NCBI GenBank assembly: GCA_043228905.1
Contig: JBHGNT010000014.1
Location: 20,274,001-20,338,000 of the forward strand
Direction of reading: 5' to 3'
DNA from: Azolla caroliniana
Lineage: Eukaryota > Plantae > Polypodiophyta
Length of the DNA stretch: 64,000 nt
Under the pieces are notes generated by a model. It did not search any database. It was not told the DNA's origin and saw only the letters and a list, made by a program, of their open reading frames with translations. A program made the position numbers and the translations under genes. Positions 51,780 through 64,000 of the stretch are shown here, one piece after another. The stretch's first letter is position 1; every line of letters starts with the position of its first letter.

Positions 51780-53990
51780 AATAGTATAGATAATTGAGGG
51801 TATCCTTTTTTCCTATATATGATGCCAACTTCTATGAAAACCTTTGTTTGCTTTCAACATGCACCTTATTTGCATTCGGATTGTATCAAAAGCCTTTTGA
51901 AATCTACAAAACAACAATACAATGGTTATAGTGTAAAGCGAACTCTCGTCCATTGCGCCCACGAATAAACAAAGTGATGGATAGTGTTGTGTTTTGGTTG
52001 GACACCTACTTGTTCTATCTCTCTTGCACATCCATGATAATGAGCTTAACGCATATTGTGGCTCACTGTTGGTAATGCTTTATGAGATGGTTTACAAGCA
52101 TGAAGTGCATAACTAATATATATGGAATTGATTATAGTGATGAGACATGGTATCCAAGGTTTGTTGGTATAGTGGGGTGTGGTTATGATGTTCATTGATT
52201 ACATTTTTTTCCATAAAAAAATCTTCCATTGGTATTAAAATTAAAGTGGCCAAGGGCAATATACAAACAATATATAATCTAGGCCATCTCAACAATTATA
52301 GATCATCACAGAAAGGACCAAAGATAACTTATGTCATTTGGCAAGATACCTTCTTTGCCTCATTCGATCAAAGCATTTTAGTGCCATGTCATGAACACCA
52401 TGTTCTACATAGCATTGTTGAGAGTGCAACCTTGTTGCACCAATAAAACTGCACAACCCAAGTATGCTCCAACCACACTTATTCCTCAATGGCTCATTGA
52501 TTACATTTAGATGTCCTAGAGTGGATCAAATGTTGTGAGCATAAACCTTCCTATATTTATGATTGCAATCTCCATTGCCATCAACATACATTTGCACACT
52601 TCGTAGAAACTCCACTATATGTTGCCAATGGAGGTGGGGGTGTATGGAACAAGTCAATTATGCGTGATTGTCGTTGCATCTTGTGTGGTAATATTATGCT
52701 TTTGAAGCTGGAACCATCTTTGGCCAAAGTGTATTGGGACAACATTCTCCATCATGTATTCAATGGAGGAGGGTGGCATGCTTCTCTAGAATGTGTTGGT
52801 AAACATAACATCTACTCACTAAGTGCTCCATCTCAACATCTCCTTTGCATAACTTGTAGATCTTCTAGCTCTATGCTTACAAAGTGTTCATCCTTCTTTA
52901 ATATCTAACTACATGAAGGGAAGTCCTAGTTGGCATATTGCATCGCAAGAACTATAGAGCATGTAGACATCCATGTATCTAGGTCTCTATATGAATCCAT
53001 CCTATGAGAAACTCAAATACTATCATTATAACCTAACGTGAGCTATCTTTGTGGCAAGAGGCTCTCTATAGTTTGATCCAAGTATATTGGGTGCAAAGTT
53101 GTCATGGGTCTTGAACAATGCTTTGTTCCATGGAGAGGTGTAGGATATCATAAGGTTGACAAGCTCTCAATGTTGAGACCATTGTTGTTGAATTGCTTTG
53201 TCATTTTCTAGCACCACAACTCTTCTTCGTATTTATTGTTGATACTTCCTTTGATTCTACAAATACTTTACATTTAATTCTTTGAGTTGGTTTGCTTTAG
53301 ATCCATTTGATTGGTATGGCCAATTAAGCTCGATGACCTCGTGTGAGATTAAGGATTCATTATGTATATCCGTAATTATGTGACGATATGTCAACACTCT
53401 ATTTGTGTCCACATGTGGGTATGGGGGTATGTGGCACATACAGTTAGATTGTGCATGATGTAGAGGTCCCCATGGTTTTGAATAACCATATCTTGGTGAG
53501 AAAGTTCCTAGTTGTGGGCATAATGGCATTGTCATTCTAGCATGACCAAAGTTGCATAGTTTTAAGTAAGTTGATCATTGGTGACTTGGGTGATAAAGAA
53601 GTACATGTTGGTATTTGTTTGCATGACTCTTAGATAAGCATATGAAAAGTTCAACTTTTACTCTTGCTCATGAGAAGACAATCAATCAATGAGCTTGGTC
53701 CTTCTTTGGAAGATCAAGGCCTTTGTCTTTCCTTAGCTTGCTACAAGTGCTTATTGGCCACAAAAAACCATCTAGTGCATTTACATGATGTCAAACCTCC
53801 ACAAGATTGACAGACCAAGATGATGTCATTGGTGTAAAGAAGAATGTGGATATCGTATCTACTATGGTGATTCCCTCGTTGCCTCCCTGTGCGATGTAGT
53901 ATGTGGCTTTGTTGATATAGAGTATAACGAAGGTATGGAGAGATGGGCAAACTTGATTTACATAAATGGTGCTTGTGATGTCCATCGATA
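51780..53990 (-). mobile_element. Highly decayed, rearranged LINE remnants
   Basis: Traces FQKAFDTI and ILLYTNDIILV, plus an endonuclease-like segment near 53260-53530. Confidence 0.55.
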
Positions 53991-54210
53991 ACCCCCATGG
54001 ACACCTATGTGTACAACACTTGCTCATAATGCATATGTCGTCCTCCTCGTGTTGGAGGGAATCTTGAGTGCATGGAGTACATATCAAAGTTTTCTTTGTC
54101 TACCATTGTCTTGTTGAGTATGCGATGCAACGAAAAGGTATGATTGGTAGTAAAGAAGGTTATTTGAAATCCGATTGTCCTAAGGCTAGTATTTCTTCAC
54201 AATTGTCATG

Positions 54211-54250
<40 letters not shown>

Positions 54251-55043
54251 AAGAGTGGAGAGAGGAAGAAGAAAAGCGAATTTGTTTTTGTTGGTGCGCT
54301 CTCTATTGGCAACGGAATTGGGCACAAAACAAACGTTAGAAAGCCCTCGATCAGAGCTTTGTAACGAGATATAGCAAGTTGAATTTGGTGGTCCGAACTA
54401 GAAGCAACGATTGAAAGTATGAATCTTGTGTTGTTAGCATACACATACTCAACACGCATTCTAAACCTCCTAAAAAATAATGAATATAAACATGATTTCC
54501 TCACAAATTGTGGGGGACATCGATATGGGCATCATCGACCCAATAAAGAGTAATGTGATGATTGAATGTAATCGTGAAAGGGAAGAATTTGGAAGGTTTA
54601 AGAGGTTTAAAGGTATTGAGGAAATGAATGAGAAGAAAAATTTGACATATGTTGAAGTAATACATATGGATGAGGTTGACAAAGACCATCTTAATGGGGA
54701 TAATTTATGGGGTATTGCCAATACCTTGTTGTCTGATATTGTGGAAGAAAATGAAAATGCAACAAAAGAACGCATTGATGTGGAAGTTGATGCTAAGGCA
54801 GTGTTGCAATCTTTTGATGTATTCTATGATCAACCGATTATATTATTTTTTACCTGGAAACTCCCATATATAAATTGGATTAGACAATGGTTGAACACAA
54901 TCGTGTCACCGAATTGTGTTGAGGATATATTTGCAGGACCACGAGGGTTTTATGATGTAGTATTTCGTTCCCCTGAACATCGAAGTGCATTGTTGGCTAA
55001 AGTTCCATAAATGATTAGTGCATGTAATGCAATGGTCCCCCGT

Positions 55044-57407
55044 TGTCAAGATTCGAACTCTTGACATAACCATGTTGTAATCGAGTGTTATGTGTTAACC
55101 ACACATCTAGCATATAATCATGTATATACTTCCTCATTGTAGGTTTTAGCTAGCATCATGTGCATAATTTCTCCCTTGTATTATTAACACTTGGCACATG
55201 CATGCGTACCTACTGCCTACATGCTCTATTGTATCACATGCGTGCAACAGGTATGCATGCCACTTAGTATAAATAGTTGAGTTCACCTTGAAGGAATTCA
55301 AGGGGAATAACGCCAGTGATGGACATATCAATCTAGTATTCTCGTTTCGCCCATCTTCTCTCCTTGATCTTCATCTCTATCTTTATGCTCTTGTGTCATC
55401 ATCCATCGTAGCCTCATCATCCGTGCTTCGTCTTAGTCCGCGCTTGATGTGTTTGTGACAGTTTGTTCACCTTCCAAGTAGAAGCATCACCCGTCTTCGT
55501 CATCGCCTTTGCTTCTAGAGTTACCATCATCACCGTACCATCATCAACATCGCTTCATTTCCTATCTTCCTCGTCGTTTCTATCTCCTAGTTTCTTCTCA
55601 TAATTTTCATTGGCTTTTAGTTCTCCTCATCATTGTCTCTATTTTTTAGTTTCTTTCCGGTTCGTGTTCGTGTTCTAGTTCCCGAAGAGGGCCGCACAAG
55701 GCCGCTCACTCCCGTTGGTGTTCGTGTTCCAGTTCCCGGCGAGGGCCGCATGGTCGCTCACGCCCGTTCATGTTCCAATTCCCGGTGAGGGCAGCATGGT
55801 CGCTCACGCACGTTCGTGTTCGAGTTCCCGGTGAGGGCCGCATGGTCGCTCACACCCATTCGTGTTCTTGTGCCCAGTGAGGGTTGCATGGTCGCTCACT
55901 CCCGTTCGTGTTCCAGTCTCCGGTGAGGACCGCACATGGTCGCTCACTCCAATTATTTTTCATGTTCCACATCCCGGCGAGGACCGACATGGTCGCTCAT
56001 GCCCATTGCGGCGCATGTTCCAATTCTCGGTGAGGACCACACATGGTCGCTCACGCCCGTTGGTGTTCGTGTTCCAACTCTCGATGAGGACCACCATGGT
56101 CTCTCATGCCCGTTGGTGTTGGTGTTCCAATCTCCGGTGAGGACCACACATGGTCACTCACTCCAACTATTGTTTGTGTTCCAGATCCCGGTGAGGACCG
56201 ACATGGTTCCTCATGCCCGTTGTTGTTCATGTTCTAGTTCCCGGTGAGGACCACACATGGTCGATTACTCCCGTTCGTGTTCTAGTCTCAGGTGAGGACC
56301 GCACATGGTCGCTCACTCCCGTTGGTGTTGGTGTTCGAGTTCCCAGTGAGGGCCGCATGGTCGCTCACGCTCGTTTGTGTTCCTGTTCCCGGTGAGGACC
56401 GCACATGACCGCTCACTCCTGTTCGTGTTCGTGTTCCTGGTGAGGGTCGCATGGTCACTCACTCCCGTTCGTGTTCCAATCTCCGGTGAGGACCACACAC
56501 GGTCGCTCACTCCAACTATTGTTCGTGTTCTAGATCCCGGTGAGGACCGACATGGTTGCTCATGCCCGTTGTTGTTCATGTTCCAGTTCCTGGTGAGGAC
56601 CACACATGGTCAATTAATCCCGTTCGTGTTCCATTTCTCGGTGAGGACAACATGGTTGCTCACCCCCGTTGGTGTTCGTGTTCCAACTCTCAGCGAGGAC
56701 CGTTCCAATTCCTGGCAAGGACCTCACATGGTTACTCATGCCCCTTGGTGTTCATGCTCCCCGTGAGGACCGCACATGGTCGCTCACACCCGTTGATGTT
56801 TGTGATCCAGTTCTAGTCGAGGACCACACATGGTCGCTCATGCCCGTTGGTGTTAAATACCTCGTCTTGTGGAAGGGTTACTCCTTGTCTAGGGTTTACA
56901 AAATACTTTGGAGGTGATCTCAGTTTTTTATCAACAATATCCCCTTAAGCTGACAAACGATTTGGGAAGGCATCCTTGGAGGGGGGATAATGTCAAGATT
57001 CGAACTCTTGACATAACCATGTTGTAATCGAGTGTTATGTGTTAACCACACATCTAGCATATAATCATGTATATACTTCCTCATTGTAGGTTTTAGCTAG
57101 CATCATGTGCATAATTTCTCCCTTGTATTATTAACACTTGGCACATGCATGCGTACCTACTGCCTACATGCGCTATTGTATCACATGCGTGCAACAGGTA
57201 TGCATGCCACTTAGTATAAATAGTTGAGTTCACCTTGAAGGAATTCAAGGTGAACAACGCCAGTGATGGACATATCAATCTAGTATTCTCATTTCGCCCA
57301 TCTTCTCTCCTTAATTTTCATCTCTATCTTTATGCTCTTGTGTCATCATCCATCGTAGCCTCATCATCCGTGCTCCGTCTTAGTCCGCGCTTGATGTGTT
57401 CGTGACA
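55044..57407 (+). mobile_element. Intact non-autonomous LTR retroelement (TRIM/LARD-like, 2364 bp)
   Basis: 417-bp LTRs at 55044-55460 and 56991-57407 (TGTCA...TGACA, about 8 differences by eye), TSD CCCGT, PPT GGAGGGGGGATAA before the 3' LTR, no gag/pol. Confidence 0.95.
55660..56855 (+). repeat. Internal tandem array of about 24 units of 46-54 bp
   Basis: Consensus GGTGAGGACCGCACATGGTCGCTCACTCCCGTT(GGTGTT)CGTGTTCCAGTTCCC. Confidence 0.95.
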
Positions 57408-60400
57408 CCCGTAGTGGACTATCATGCTTTGTTGAAACAAGAATGCCCCATTTGGGTAATAGTGGATTGTAAGCATACGTTTTTATGGCCACTTTTACCT
57501 GAGTTGATGAGTCAAATGGGTAAAGTGTTGTATCTCCACATGCAAATGCTACAAATAAGTGCAAATTTTGTATGTTATGGGATACAAGTTGTAAGAGGTT
57601 AGGATGGGTGTGTATGAACACACCTGGTATCAAAAGACTTTGTTTTAAATTGATATGGGAGACATTTGCAGGTCATTGTTTTGGGTGTGGTGAATGGGGT
57701 CACTTTATGATGGAATGCCAACGTCATTGCCCTTCAACTATAGAGGTTCCTAATGAAGGGAATGGTAAGGGAGGAGTTGGGAGATATGTTGGTGTATCAA
57801 ATATTATGGTTGTTATGGATGAAAGAACATCATCTAGAGCAGGTTATACAAAGGTCTCACTTCAAGGTTTGGCCCCTAAGAATAAGGGAACTCAATCTAT
57901 GGATATGGAAAAACAAAGTTTAGTGGTTATAGATAAGGGGGGAAAACCGTTGGATAGGACTAGTAGTGATGTTGTTGTTGACAACGATTTGCATCAGGTT
58001 AAGGGTAAGTCGAAGGGGAAAACAATGAATATGCAACGTAATAGTTTTCCCACTACTAGGGAGCGTCCTCGAAAAGTTCCATGGCAACAACAATTTAGGG
58101 ATAAAGGATTACCCCTTCACCTTCAATTTGATTCATTGGGACGGGTTGTAAATTCATCGAATTCTCTAGGTTTTCGTCAAGCGGGAGGACCTAAATAAAA
58201 GATTTTGATAGACAACCCTAAGGATGTGGTGCATGAAAATCCATATGCAATATTAGAATATGCTTTGACGAGTTCCATGACATCAGTTGCTCTAAAGGAG
58301 AAAGTGCACCCATAACATTGTTGATTGAATGAAAGTGTTAACATGGAATGTGAAAGGGGCATGTTCTCCTCATAAGAAGTATATATTATGGGAAACTTTG
58401 TTAAGTAAAGTATGGGATGTATTATGTGCAGTTGAGCATAAGTGTCATGAGCTAGCAGGATCTAGAGTTCATTTTCGTGGATATTCATCATTTTATGCAG
58501 GGCATCTTAATAACCATTATTCAGGTGTGGTATTAATCGTGCGGGATAAATATTATCCTCAAGTGGTGCATAATGATCCTTATGGTCGATTTTTGGTTCT
58601 AGAAATCACTTTTTTTGGCGAGGTTGTGTGGTTGGTTGGGATTTATGCCTCCAACCAAGCTACTCAACGTATTGTATTATGGGGCTCACTCCTTCAAACC
58701 CTATGTGTGGGTCGTCTATGATTACTTACGGGTGATTTTAACATGTGTATTGATGCATCTCAATCTACATCTGAACATTCGATCATGGATGATCTTGAAC
58801 AACTTGGTTGGGATTCATAGGCTATGGAGGTTCTGAAGTTGGATGTTTGGACATGGTTGCATGGGAATGATCCAGGTTTTACCTTCCAATCTGCCCAACA
58901 TAGACAAACATGGAGTCGACTAGATAGAATGTATGTGATGCACGATGATTCTTTTTTACCGACATCAATTCGTATGATAGTTCTACAAGATGTAGGAACT
59001 TCAAATCACTTTCCTATTTGTTTGGAGGTTTGTAGTCATGCAATTGACATGTATAAATCCTTACTTTGAAAGCCTCCATTACGCTTCAACTCTTTTCTTT
59101 TGCTTCAGCCTCACTTTGATTCTCTTATGGAGCAAATTTTGGTAATTTTTTCACAACAAGTGAATATTAAAGGAATTAAAGCATGAGTATCACATTACAA
59201 AACATTAAGGTCATTCATTGTATGTATGGAGTAACTAATGCTCAACGACGAAGAGGTCTTCTTCGAAAATTCTCACAAGTTCTCTCCAAGTGTAATGCAT
59301 TATTGATACATGCACCATTAGATGAGGAGATTTTGGATATCCAGAGTCAATTACATGTTATTATTTCTCGATTGCAATGCCAAAGTTATCGTTATGCTAA
59401 GATGCAACAACTCAGGGATGGGCTCATAAATAATCGATGTCAATCTCATTTGTTTTTCCATGTGCTACATCCTGGTTATGCTCGATCTAATGCGGTATAT
59501 GTGAAGCAAGGGGATAAATTGATAGTGGATCCTACTACAATAATTGACATATGTGTTCATTACTTTAAGGATTTGATTGACCCACAATTGTTAATGACAA
59601 ATGAGGTGAGTAGAGCACGTCATGAGTTTTATGATGTGGTTGCATGTATTGTGCATGACCTCATTAGTCATTAATTGGATGCGAATTTCACTGAGGATGA
59701 GGTGAACACGGTTTTAAGGCATCTTCCTAGTGGTAAGAGCCCTAGTTGGGATGGCTTAACAAATGAAGTTTTTAAGCGATATTCGAACATTTTAAAGGGG
59801 CCCTTAACTTTGATGTTTCAACATTCTTGGGATTTTGGTCGTATGCCTCAAGCTTGGAGGTTGGTCTAATTAAATTAGTTCCAAAGGTGGCATCTCGCGA
59901 GTCATTTTATCAATGGAAACCTATTTCAACATGTTTGTGTTCACAAGTGGAAGGATCGCGCATTCCACTTATACATTCCTTTTATAATCTTGCGATTTTA
60001 GGCGATTTTTAGAAACTTGATACACCAGTATCACATGTTTTAAATCGCATGTAAAATTTGTTAATTTTTTGAGATTTAACAAGTTTCAAAATGATAATTT
60101 TTAAAATTGAATAGTTTTTCAATAAATGCTTAAACGTTGATAGTTTGCAAATATGAAACGTAGTTAACTTGAAGAAAATCACAATGGTTAACTTACCACA
60201 CAAGTTAAGATTAATGGTTTCACCATCTTGAGAAGATGTAGATTCCAGAAGTGGAAGTTACATCTATTGTTAGACTTGAAAATCTTTTAAGTATAAGAGG
60301 TAACATTGTAATCTGTAATGCCATCATCTATAAATTTAGTGCTCATTAACATCCATAAATTCACAACTCAAGAAATGTATACAATATTCATAAACAATTT

Positions 60401-63400
60401 TGGTAAATCCATAACTCCTACATTGTAGATGATATTCATAAACTGTCAAAACTACCAAACATAGATGTAAACATTAATATATTAATTTGAACATATCACA
60501 TACTTATCAAGGTATCCACAATGCTCAATTGGTTGAATGAATATCTAGTAAGTTGAGGGATAAGTTCATGTATTGGAAGTCACAATCTTGGTCATTTCAT
60601 GTACGCTTGAAGGTTGTACAATGTATTATGGAACCCATGATATTATATTACTTGTCATTATTGCCATGGAAAAAGAATGCTTTGCATTCTGTTTTGCAAC
60701 CTCTTCGATATTTGTTCTCGAAGAAGAGGGATAAGATGGGAATCACACGGGTGGCGTGGAATCATCTAGCAACCCCTAAGCGTTTGGGGGGAGCTGGAAT
60801 ATTGAACTACCTATACATATGATGTCTCATAGATTTTCATTATTACAAGACATGTGTTCAAACTCACAACCGTGGATATCTATTGTTCAATATTCCATTA
60901 AGAACAAGGGTTTAGCACATGGGAGGACAACAATTAAGGCTTCATGGTGGCAATTACTGAGTGGATGTATTTCACTTACGATTATGAGCTCTTCATGTGT
61001 TCAGTACTTGGTTACCTCATGGCAAGAAGCACTCTTGTTATGTGTACGGAAACCATCATCTAGTAGAGAGCATTGTAATTATTTGCAAAAAGAGTTACTT
61101 GTGTCTTCGCAGTTATTATGTTGGCCAGGAAAGCAGAGATTGCGCTCTCAATTTAATCATTTGTTTCGTTTGGGGGTCAAAGAGATGGGACATATAGTTG
61201 AGGTTCTATCTCAAAGAATTTTGGAGTTTGTTGAAGCGCAACAATTATTACGCATCCCGCCTAATTATGGATTTATTTGGCAACAACTACAAAATATTGC
61301 ATTGATGCAAGGTCCCTTACCTCTACAAACAGGAGAACAACCGTGGATTGATTGGTGTTTACAGGGTTAAACGTCGTTGTTACAAGTGACTACTAATGTT
61401 TTGTATCATTGCTTTGTTAAATCTCTTGGATGGCTATCATCTACGGCGAAAAAAGCATGGAAAATACATAAATATGATAATGGGTGGTGGCAGATCTTAC
61501 AATGTAGTGGGCATTTTAAATTATCACTTGTAGCAAAGGTCTTCATTTAGAGAGTTTTGATTGGAGGGTTGCCTTTGGGATTAGCTCTAAAGCGTCATGG
61601 ACTAGCAACAGGTAATTGCTTCTTTCGCATTGTTCAAATGGAAGATAGTACTCATCGATTTATACAATGTCCGATTGCTTGTTAGATTTGGAGTTACATT
61701 TCTCAAAATTGGCAAGTTTTATCATGGTGTTATTTGACACCTAAACACTATGTGTTTGCAAAATTTACAAAGGTTGACCCAAAATTTATGAGATATGGGG
61801 AATTCCGTCATAATTGGAACATGCGCAACGCTTTTGTATTTGATGGTAGACATGGAGTGAAAGAATATCTATCGAAAGTTAAAGGGAGTACAAATGTAAC
61901 AATTTTCTTTATTGGAGCAAGTGGAAATTCTTTCCTCAGTGGAGTGTTCATCTTGCCTATTGGCAATTCAACATGTTCCACTACCCATGTAGTGTAGTTA
62001 GTGGGTGACTATATTCCATTGTCACGCCCATTGTAAGTAGTGTTTTTCACACACATTTATTAATATAATTGTGTGTTTTCACCGAGAGAGAGAGAGTGTG
62101 TGTGTGTGTGTGTGCATGTTTTTTTTTTCTTTAGCAAGAGCACATTGTAGATTGTATTACATTATAGACATGAATTACAATCATTTGATTTTGATGTGTG
62201 AGAATTTGTAGGTATTATATATAAAAAAAGTACATTTCAAATCCCTTATATCGTGTTAATGTAAAGAAACTACGTTTATACGAAGGTCAATGCTCTTATT
62301 CTATGATAAGATGCTTTGCAAACTACAATGAGAGGGTCTTGATGGGTTGAGATGAATTGGTTAATGTTGGAATCCTTATTTCATACGTATGAAGTTTAAA
62401 GCTATGTTTTTTTAGTCATAGACTCATGTGCCATTTCGAATCAACATAAAGTTAAGAAGCTTTCTATAGACACTTTTTGACTTTGTCCTATTGAGCCAAA
62501 ATTTCGACAATATTAATATAGTTTTGTAAAGAACATGAAACACCTCAAACACTTATTTAAACTGAATCCTCATCATCTTATCCTACCTAGCATTTGTTTA
62601 TGTCCCCTTCATGATTTGGATATGTTTGATCTCCCTCGTGCATATACACATGTGCATATCTATTGGTGTGCATGTGCTAATAAGGATAAGATCACATCGA
62701 GAGTGCGTTGCTTTAATGCGATGTTGAAGGAACAAATAGTGTGCATTGTATCATTTTCTTTCTCAGCATACTTTAGTGTTACAATAATATCAACGTGCAT
62801 GTAATATATGTTGATGATTGCATGGACATCTAAAACGAAGAATATACAATAACTTCTATCCATTGATCACATATTCACACCATAGAGATGTAAATGAATA
62901 AGTAATTGTGTCACGGATAATGAATATGTTTGTGGAGTTATGGTGTTGTCTAGATTTTAAGGGGAGATCTAAGTGTGGATTTACTATTATACATGTCACA
63001 CGGTACACCCAAGTAATCGTTACTACATGTGGATACAGACGCATGGAATATTAAGTGGTGTACTTCTATCATCATTTGTTTGGTTGCCCCAAGTGGAATA
63101 GACTTGTGATTAATGTGTATTGGAACTTGGACCTCATTTTTTGTTTTGACTTTCATAGTCCTTTACTTGTATGGCATTCATGTGTGCACATACATCAATT
63201 TGTTTCTTGAATAACCAAATAATGTTGAATTCGAACCAGGGTTAAGGTGATGCTATTATCTTAGTTTTGTTAGGATGAAAACATTAGAAAGTTATCATAG
63301 AAACAAGGCAACAATCATAATAGAAAAGATAAATTATTCATGCCATCCAAGACCATAAGTGAAAGGTAATGCCATCAAAGTACAATATCACTTTTAACTT

Positions 63401-64000
63401 ATATCTCTCTTGTATGCATATACATGTTGAGTTATCGGATTAGCTTTTGGACCATATGATATTCTAAGCAAAGCTCACAAATATATAATACTCCTGAAAA
63501 GTTTCCAAGTTGATAAACTTTTGCTCATTTGACACAAATTATGTGGATGGACTTCTATCGAATGCATATGAACATCATCATTGTGTTTTGAGAAATTTCC
63601 AAAGTATTGCTAATATATTGTTTACTTCCCAGATGCCCCTGTATCTTTGCAGTTGTAGTGAATGGCCACAAACAACCCCCAAAAAAGAGAAAAAAATGGA
63701 TGAATTGACCAAATACACAAACAACACATACAACTGCTCAAGATGGGGTTCCCATAAATGCCATTTGGGGAAATGATGATAATTCATACTTAAATTTGAA
63801 TAGGGTAAGTTTGGTTTGAAGTTGTCAAACCTCTTCAAAAAAAACTTAATTTATAAAAACATTATCCAACTTTCTAGAAACATATGACCCTTGCCATTTA
63901 GGTAGGACATCATGTTTCAACAATCAACCCTACAACTGTCCAGTTAAGAGAAGAAACTTCTAAAAAGTTTATGTTGATGCCAAAAGCTTGAATAATAAAT

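Larger units (their letters stand above)
54250..62060 (+). mobile_element. Degenerate near-full-length L1-type LINE (ORF1 with zinc knuckle; ORF2 EN-RT-zf), interrupted by an LTR element
   Basis: ORF1: GFYDVVF and CFGCGEWGHFMMEC. ORF2: MKVLTWNVKG, GDFN, SRLDRMY, SNHFPI, KSPSWDG, WKPIS, PKRLGGAGI and C-terminal CFFR..EDSTHRFIQC. Many stops and frameshifts; ends approximate. Confidence 0.88.

Noticed and set aside
55660-56855. CRISPR-like repeat-spacer array
   Set aside because: The linkers are homologous to each other rather than unique spacers, there are no cas genes, and the array lies inside a plant LTR element.
55862-56917. ORFs with GEDRTWSLTPV repeats
   Set aside because: Unit lengths (46-54 bp) are often not multiples of 3, so the frame shifts constantly.

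Overview
Eukaryotic land-plant nuclear DNA: AT-rich, with spliceosomal introns and dense transposon debris. A fern origin is plausible from the RbcS sequence but is only an inference. Six spliced protein genes can be reconstructed by hand: rbcS (- strand, cut by the window edge), a trypsin-fold protein (+), a PAP/OAS1-type nucleotidyltransferase (-), an alpha/beta-hydrolase (+), NUP88/MOS7 (-), and an 80-aa Lys-rich protein (+) that is absent from the ORF track as a whole protein. Introns and intergenic DNA hold LINE remnants, a decayed L1, three solo LTRs, hAT derivatives, inverted repeats and mini/microsatellites. The most unusual items are: (i) a young 2.36-kb non-coding LTR element whose interior is mostly about 24 tandem bulged-hairpin units; (ii) a tandem duplication of the last NUP88 coding exon that appears to have moved the ancestral C-terminus into the 3' UTR; (iii) the small basic gene, which carries a tef-box/site II/telo-box promoter typical of translation-machinery genes. 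No CRISPR array, rRNA or canonical tRNA was seen. All exon structures are manual predictions.
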